This document shows positions 58,812 to 64,000 of a stretch of 64,000 bases of DNA, piece by piece. The stretch lies in assembly GCF_009914755.1 (NCBI RefSeq), contig NC_060940.1. The stretch is one strand, 5' to 3'. The notes under the pieces are model-generated. The model ran no database searches and had not been told where the DNA came from. It saw only the letters and a list, made by a program, of their open reading frames with translations. The translations under genes were made by a program, and so were the position numbers. Every line of letters starts with the position of its first letter. The stretch's first letter is position 1. Origin of the DNA: the human T2T-CHM13v2.0 reference genome, Homo sapiens.

Positions 58812-59790
58812 TGAAACCAACTCAATAGTCCCATAGACCAATAGTCCCCAACCTTTTATGGCACCAGGGACCGGTTTCATGGAAGACAATTTTTCCACAA
58901 ACCCAGGTTGTTGGGGGATGGTTTGGGATGATTCAAGCATATCACATTTATTGCGGATTTTATTTCTATTATGATAACATTGCAATATATAATGAAATAA
59001 TTATACAACTCACCACAATGTAGAATCAGTGAGAGTCCTGACCTTGTTTTCCTGCAACTAGACAGTCCCATATGGTCACGATGGGAGACACTGACAGATC
59101 ATCAGGTGTTAGATTTTCATAAGGAACAGGCAACCTAGATCCCTCATATGTGCAGTTCACAATAGGGTTCGTGCTCCTATGAGAATTGAATGTTGCTGCT
59201 GATCTGGCAGGAGGCAGAGCTCAGGTAGTAATGCCAGCTATGGGGAGCAGCTGTAAATAAAGATGAAGCTTTGCTTGCCCACTGCTCACCTCCTGCTGTG
59301 TGGCCCATTTCCTAACAGGCTACAGACTACCACCCGTCTGCAGCCTGAGGGTTGGGGGAGACCCCTGCCATTGACAGTTTGTTTTTTTTCCTCCCAGTAA
59401 ACATAGAAATTGACCCTTCTGGTCTTAAAGCTTGAAGCTTACATTTGTTTTATCAGAGTTCCTTCCTCAGGAAAGGATCCCCACTCCCCTGCCCCAGACT
59501 TTCAAAAAGTATCAAAGAGCTGAAACTCACCAGATCATCACATCCAGGCAATGAGAAGCCAGACCACTTATTCATCCTGATTGCTTCCTTACCCCTCCCA
59601 AGTTACATTTCCTTCCTGCTATATAAACCCCTAATTTTAGTCTGTTAGGGAGATGGATTTGAGACTAAGCTCCCATCTCCTCAGCTGCAGCACCCAATTA
59701 AAGTCTTCTTCCTTAGCAATAACCATTGTCCCAGTGATTGGCTTTCTGTACAGAGAGTAACAGGACCTAGACTGAACCCCTGGTGTTTGA
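58812..59790 (+). mobile_element. MER39B-like ERV1 LTR interrupted by MER1A
   Basis: tgaaaccaactcaatagtcccatagac / agttt...aaacatagaaattgacccttctggtcttaaagcttgaa...tatataaacccctaattttagtc. Confidence 0.8.
58839..59367. mobile_element. MER1A (hAT-Charlie), full length
   Basis: TIR-like ends caatagtccccaacc / ggttgggggagacccctg, 529 bp; 8-bp TSD ccatagac/ccattgac. Confidence 0.9.
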
Positions 59791-59855
59791 GAGGATATTT
59801 TACTGCATTATTAAAGTGCTTAGGAGGATTTGAAATTCAAAGTCAGTCATGGTAA

Positions 59856-60326
<471 letters not shown>

Positions 60327-60853
60327 TTTTTTTCTTTTGAACAATGTTCTTACGTGGTCCACCAGTGATTACTGCAGGAGTCTTGGTAAACACTTATTGC
60401 ATACCTACAAGGTGTCAGGAACTGGACTTGTCGCTGGAGAAATAAAAAATGAGTAATAGATCTCCCTGTCTACAAGGACCCCATTGTCTAGTTGGAAAAT
60501 ATAATCATAAACAATTATTTCAATGCAGTAGACTTAGGGCTGTGATAGAGGCACAGGACATTGTTGGGTCACATGGGAAGGTACCTTACACAGACTGGGC
60601 AAAAGTTATTAGAAAAGCTCTCTCAGAGAAAGTGATAGAGAAAAAGGAAAAGGAAATGGATTTTGCCATGCAAAAGGAAAGAAAAAGAATTCTAAGGCAG
60701 ACAGAGCAATCCATATAAAATCACAGAGGCTTGAAACAACATGGCAAGTGCAGGGAACTATGATGTGTTTGGACCATAAAGTGAAAAAGGTGGTGGGGGG
60801 AGGTGAGCCTGGAGAAAGAGATCCCAACCTGGCCCCAAAGGCAAGTCATTTCA

Positions 60854-61273
<420 letters not shown>

Positions 61274-62059
61274 CTAGACTGTGTTGGTTTTCTCTCCCTC
61301 TTATTTTCTGGGGACCTGCTACATTCTGATCATGGATCCTGTTTTGTTTGAGCGACATCGCATTTTCCTCTGAAATCCTTTCTGTCTCTCTTCCATCCGG
61401 TTGTTTCTTTAACTGAAAAAGGAACCTGCCGGGGAAACATGTTGGGGTCTTGACGGCATCTCATGTCTGTGTATATTTCAAAACACATAAAAGAGATCCT
61501 GAGTCACTGAGGGGCATCCTCCTGTTTCTTATGCTTTCTGTTTCAAAGATTGTCTCCAAAGCTCACCTCTTAGTGCTGAGAGTTTTGGGCTTCTTTATGG
61601 AATTGTCTGGAATCTTAAGAAAAAAATATACACTTGCAAATCAGTGCTGTGTTCACAAAGCAAAAGATCACACCCTAAGAACCAGGCTTTCCCTGTTGTT
61701 TAGGTCAAATCCCTTTTGACCTAATTCTTAGGGTCCTATAAGTCTGGACTCCTCTGGGCCAGACTTGAACTCTATAGTTTACCCCCTAGAAACACTGGAC
61801 TTCCTTGTGCATCAGTTCCTGCAGCTGTAAAATGCAAGCATTGAACTAGATCATCCTGGAAGGTCTGTTCCACTCTAATAGTCTAGGATTTTGTAAAAAA
61901 TTTATTTATGATTTAGTTAGTACTTCTGCCAAACATATTCCATAAACCTTCACCCAGCTTTTGAAAAACAACAGATCTTTCTGGATTTCATCTTCTTACA
62001 TGAGTATTACTAAGCCTTTCTACATCGGTACAGGCTAGATAATTGGAAAAGAAAGGGTG

Positions 62060-62190
62060 TTAAGAATGCGGGCTCGAAGGCTGGACTTGGATCTAATGAA
62101 TCCTAATATCTGGGAGTGGTGCTTGGGGACCTGTACTCAATAAGCCACCTGGGCGATTCTGATCCACCATTAGTGCATCTGATGTTTCTG
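62060..62190. mobile_element. MER5A-like fragment
   Basis: gaatcctaatatctgggagtggtgcttggggacctgta...aataagccacctgggcgattctgat. Confidence 0.5.
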
Positions 62191-62202
62191 CAGGTAACAC
62201 AT

Positions 62203-62676
62203 TGTATTAGTGTCCTATTGCTGCTGTGGAATATTACCATAAACTTTGTGTCTTAAAACAACACAAGTCTGTCATGTTTACAGGTCTGTGTCTGTTTAGA
62301 AGTTCTAAATTATTTTCATGGGGTGAAAATAAAGGTGTCATCATGGCCTCCTACTGGAAGAATCCCATTCCTTGCCTTTTCCAGCTTCTAACAGCTGCTT
62401 ATATTCCTCGGCTTATGGTCCTGCACGGCGCCTATCAGTTTCCTTTGTCTCGTCCCTTTCACTGACTCTGAATCTAACTCTCCAGCTTCCCTCTTTTAAG
62501 GGCCCCTGTGATTACTGTGAGCCCTCTTGGATAATCCAAGATAATCTCCCTGTCTCAAGATTCTTAACTCCATCATGTCTGCAAAGCCACTTTTGCCATG
62601 TAGGTAGCATATTCATAGGTCTGGGTATTAAGGTAAAGACATGCTTTGGATGCCCTTATTCAGCCTATATCCCATA
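62203..62676 (-). mobile_element. MLT1D-like LTR
   Basis: tgtattagtgtcctattgctgctgt...ccttgccttttccagcttcta...ggataatccaagataatctccc. Confidence 0.85.
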
Positions 62677-63017
62677 CTGCCTTGATTTTGCTGAGGCTGA
62701 TACAAGGGGCCCCAGAATTTGTTGCTGCAAATTTTCTTTTATAAAATCCAATAAACTGACTCTAGGAGATGTCACTGAAACACTTGCTAAAAATAATCTA
62801 TATTCCACCAGGTAATCTGCAATCACCTGCATCATTTAGAACCCTCCATTTCATCATGCAATTAATTTATACATATATATATATACTTTCATTATTCACC
62901 TGTTAACTCCATAACATGCTAATCACGAGCTAGTTTGCAGCAGTTATATTCCCTTCCTCACGGCTGCATGAGGATGCGATTAATTGGAAAACAGGGAGAC
63001 CAGAGACATGACCAGAA

Positions 63018-63027
63018 ATGACGTCAT
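63018..63027. promoter_or_regulatory. Full palindromic CRE (ATGACGTCAT)
   Basis: Perfect CREB/ATF site with intact CpG in non-repetitive sequence; function not shown. Confidence 0.35.
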
Positions 63028-63189
63028 GCATCCCATGCCATCGCAATACAATTGTCAGGTTCACTGGTGGTTTGGTAAAGCTGGTTCAGTTCTATTCCCT
63101 TTGTCAGGGATTCCCATGTGTGTGAAAATTGGACCAACAGTGGTGGGGTTCCATTTCCTGGTTCCATTTCCTATGTTCTTCTCAGAAGA

Positions 63190-63350
63190 TAGAATAGCGT
63201 CTGTTAAGACAAGATGGCTTAGGAGGCGGACTGACCTGAATTCACGTTCTGCCTTGGCCACTTACTAGCTGCATTGGTTTTGGCATATTACTTAACCTCT
63301 CTGTGCCTCAGTTTTATAATCTGAAAAATGGGATCTCATAGCTATTAACT
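63190..63350 (+). mobile_element. MIR
   Basis: gccacttactagctg...ttacttaacctctctgtgcctcagttt. Confidence 0.8.
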
Positions 63351-64000
63351 AACAGCAAAGACTAGACCCCTAGGCCTACCTCTTCTCACTCCTGCACCCA
63401 TGTTTTGCTTGGTGTGCGGTGTAGTGGGCTTTTTTATTCTCTAAAATACCTTAATTTTTGTTTTGAGCCTCAATTCTAACATGCAGAGAAAACAAGGCTT
63501 GGGCTGTTTAGGGTTTTTATTCTCTCTTTTCTCAAGGGGTTGAGGCCAAGTTCTGGGGCATGTGGAGTGACATCATGCCGAAGACGTCATTAGCAGTCGG
63601 TGCCAGCTCCTCCTGAGAACTGCTCTGTTTCATCTGGTCAAAACCAGGACCACTCCAGGCCTCGGTCACTCTTGGCCTCTCTTGAATACAGGAAATATTT
63701 GGTAGTTCTTTCTCTAGGCTTGGGGAACAGGGAGAGAATGCACTCCCCACTGTGTCAGCGTGCACCTTGCTGGTCACTCAGAACCTTGAGGTTCCTGGCA
63801 CATCTATCTCAGAACAATTGGTCAGGGCAACCCCACTTCCATTTTTCCTCTGCTATTCCCTGATGACACAGGAAGGGGCATGCTAGGGTCTTGCCATTTT
63901 TCACCTGTGCTTTTTCTACCACACAATGTTTTGCACCCTCTGAAGCAAACCCTATCAGCCTCTCATCCAAGCTGCTTTGGAAGCTTTCTTTCATAGGCAG

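Overview
Primate (very likely human) euchromatic, repeat-dense, non-coding DNA; no intact protein-coding gene, RNA gene or CpG island was found. Most ORF-track entries are Alu/LTR/simple-repeat artefacts. The one gene-derived feature is a 5'-truncated processed pseudogene of TMF1 (41615-42464) with a 19-bp target-site duplication, three stops, a frameshift, an inserted Alu and a short 3' UTR ending at a proximal poly(A) signal. From memory it probably corresponds to TMF1P1 (16p13), which I cannot verify here. The rest is layered transposon history: about 27 Alu/FLAM copies, MaLR (THE1, MLT1), ERVL (MLT2, LTR16, LTR33, LTR47, MER77), ERV1 (MER41B, MER39B), L1/L2/L3/MIR and hAT elements, many nested with readable TSDs. 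Items most worth follow-up: an internally deleted ERV-L keeping a dUTPase remnant inside a MER58A; a MER41B with both STAT/GAS sites intact; a 112-nt hairpin at an LTR33 end; overlapping twin hairpins; two short dispersed duplications; an almost spacer-less inverted Alu pair; and several + strand splice-site-bounded candidate non-coding exons. I cannot support a claim of a new biological system. Subfamily names come from recalled consensus sequences, and boundaries of old repeats are approximate.
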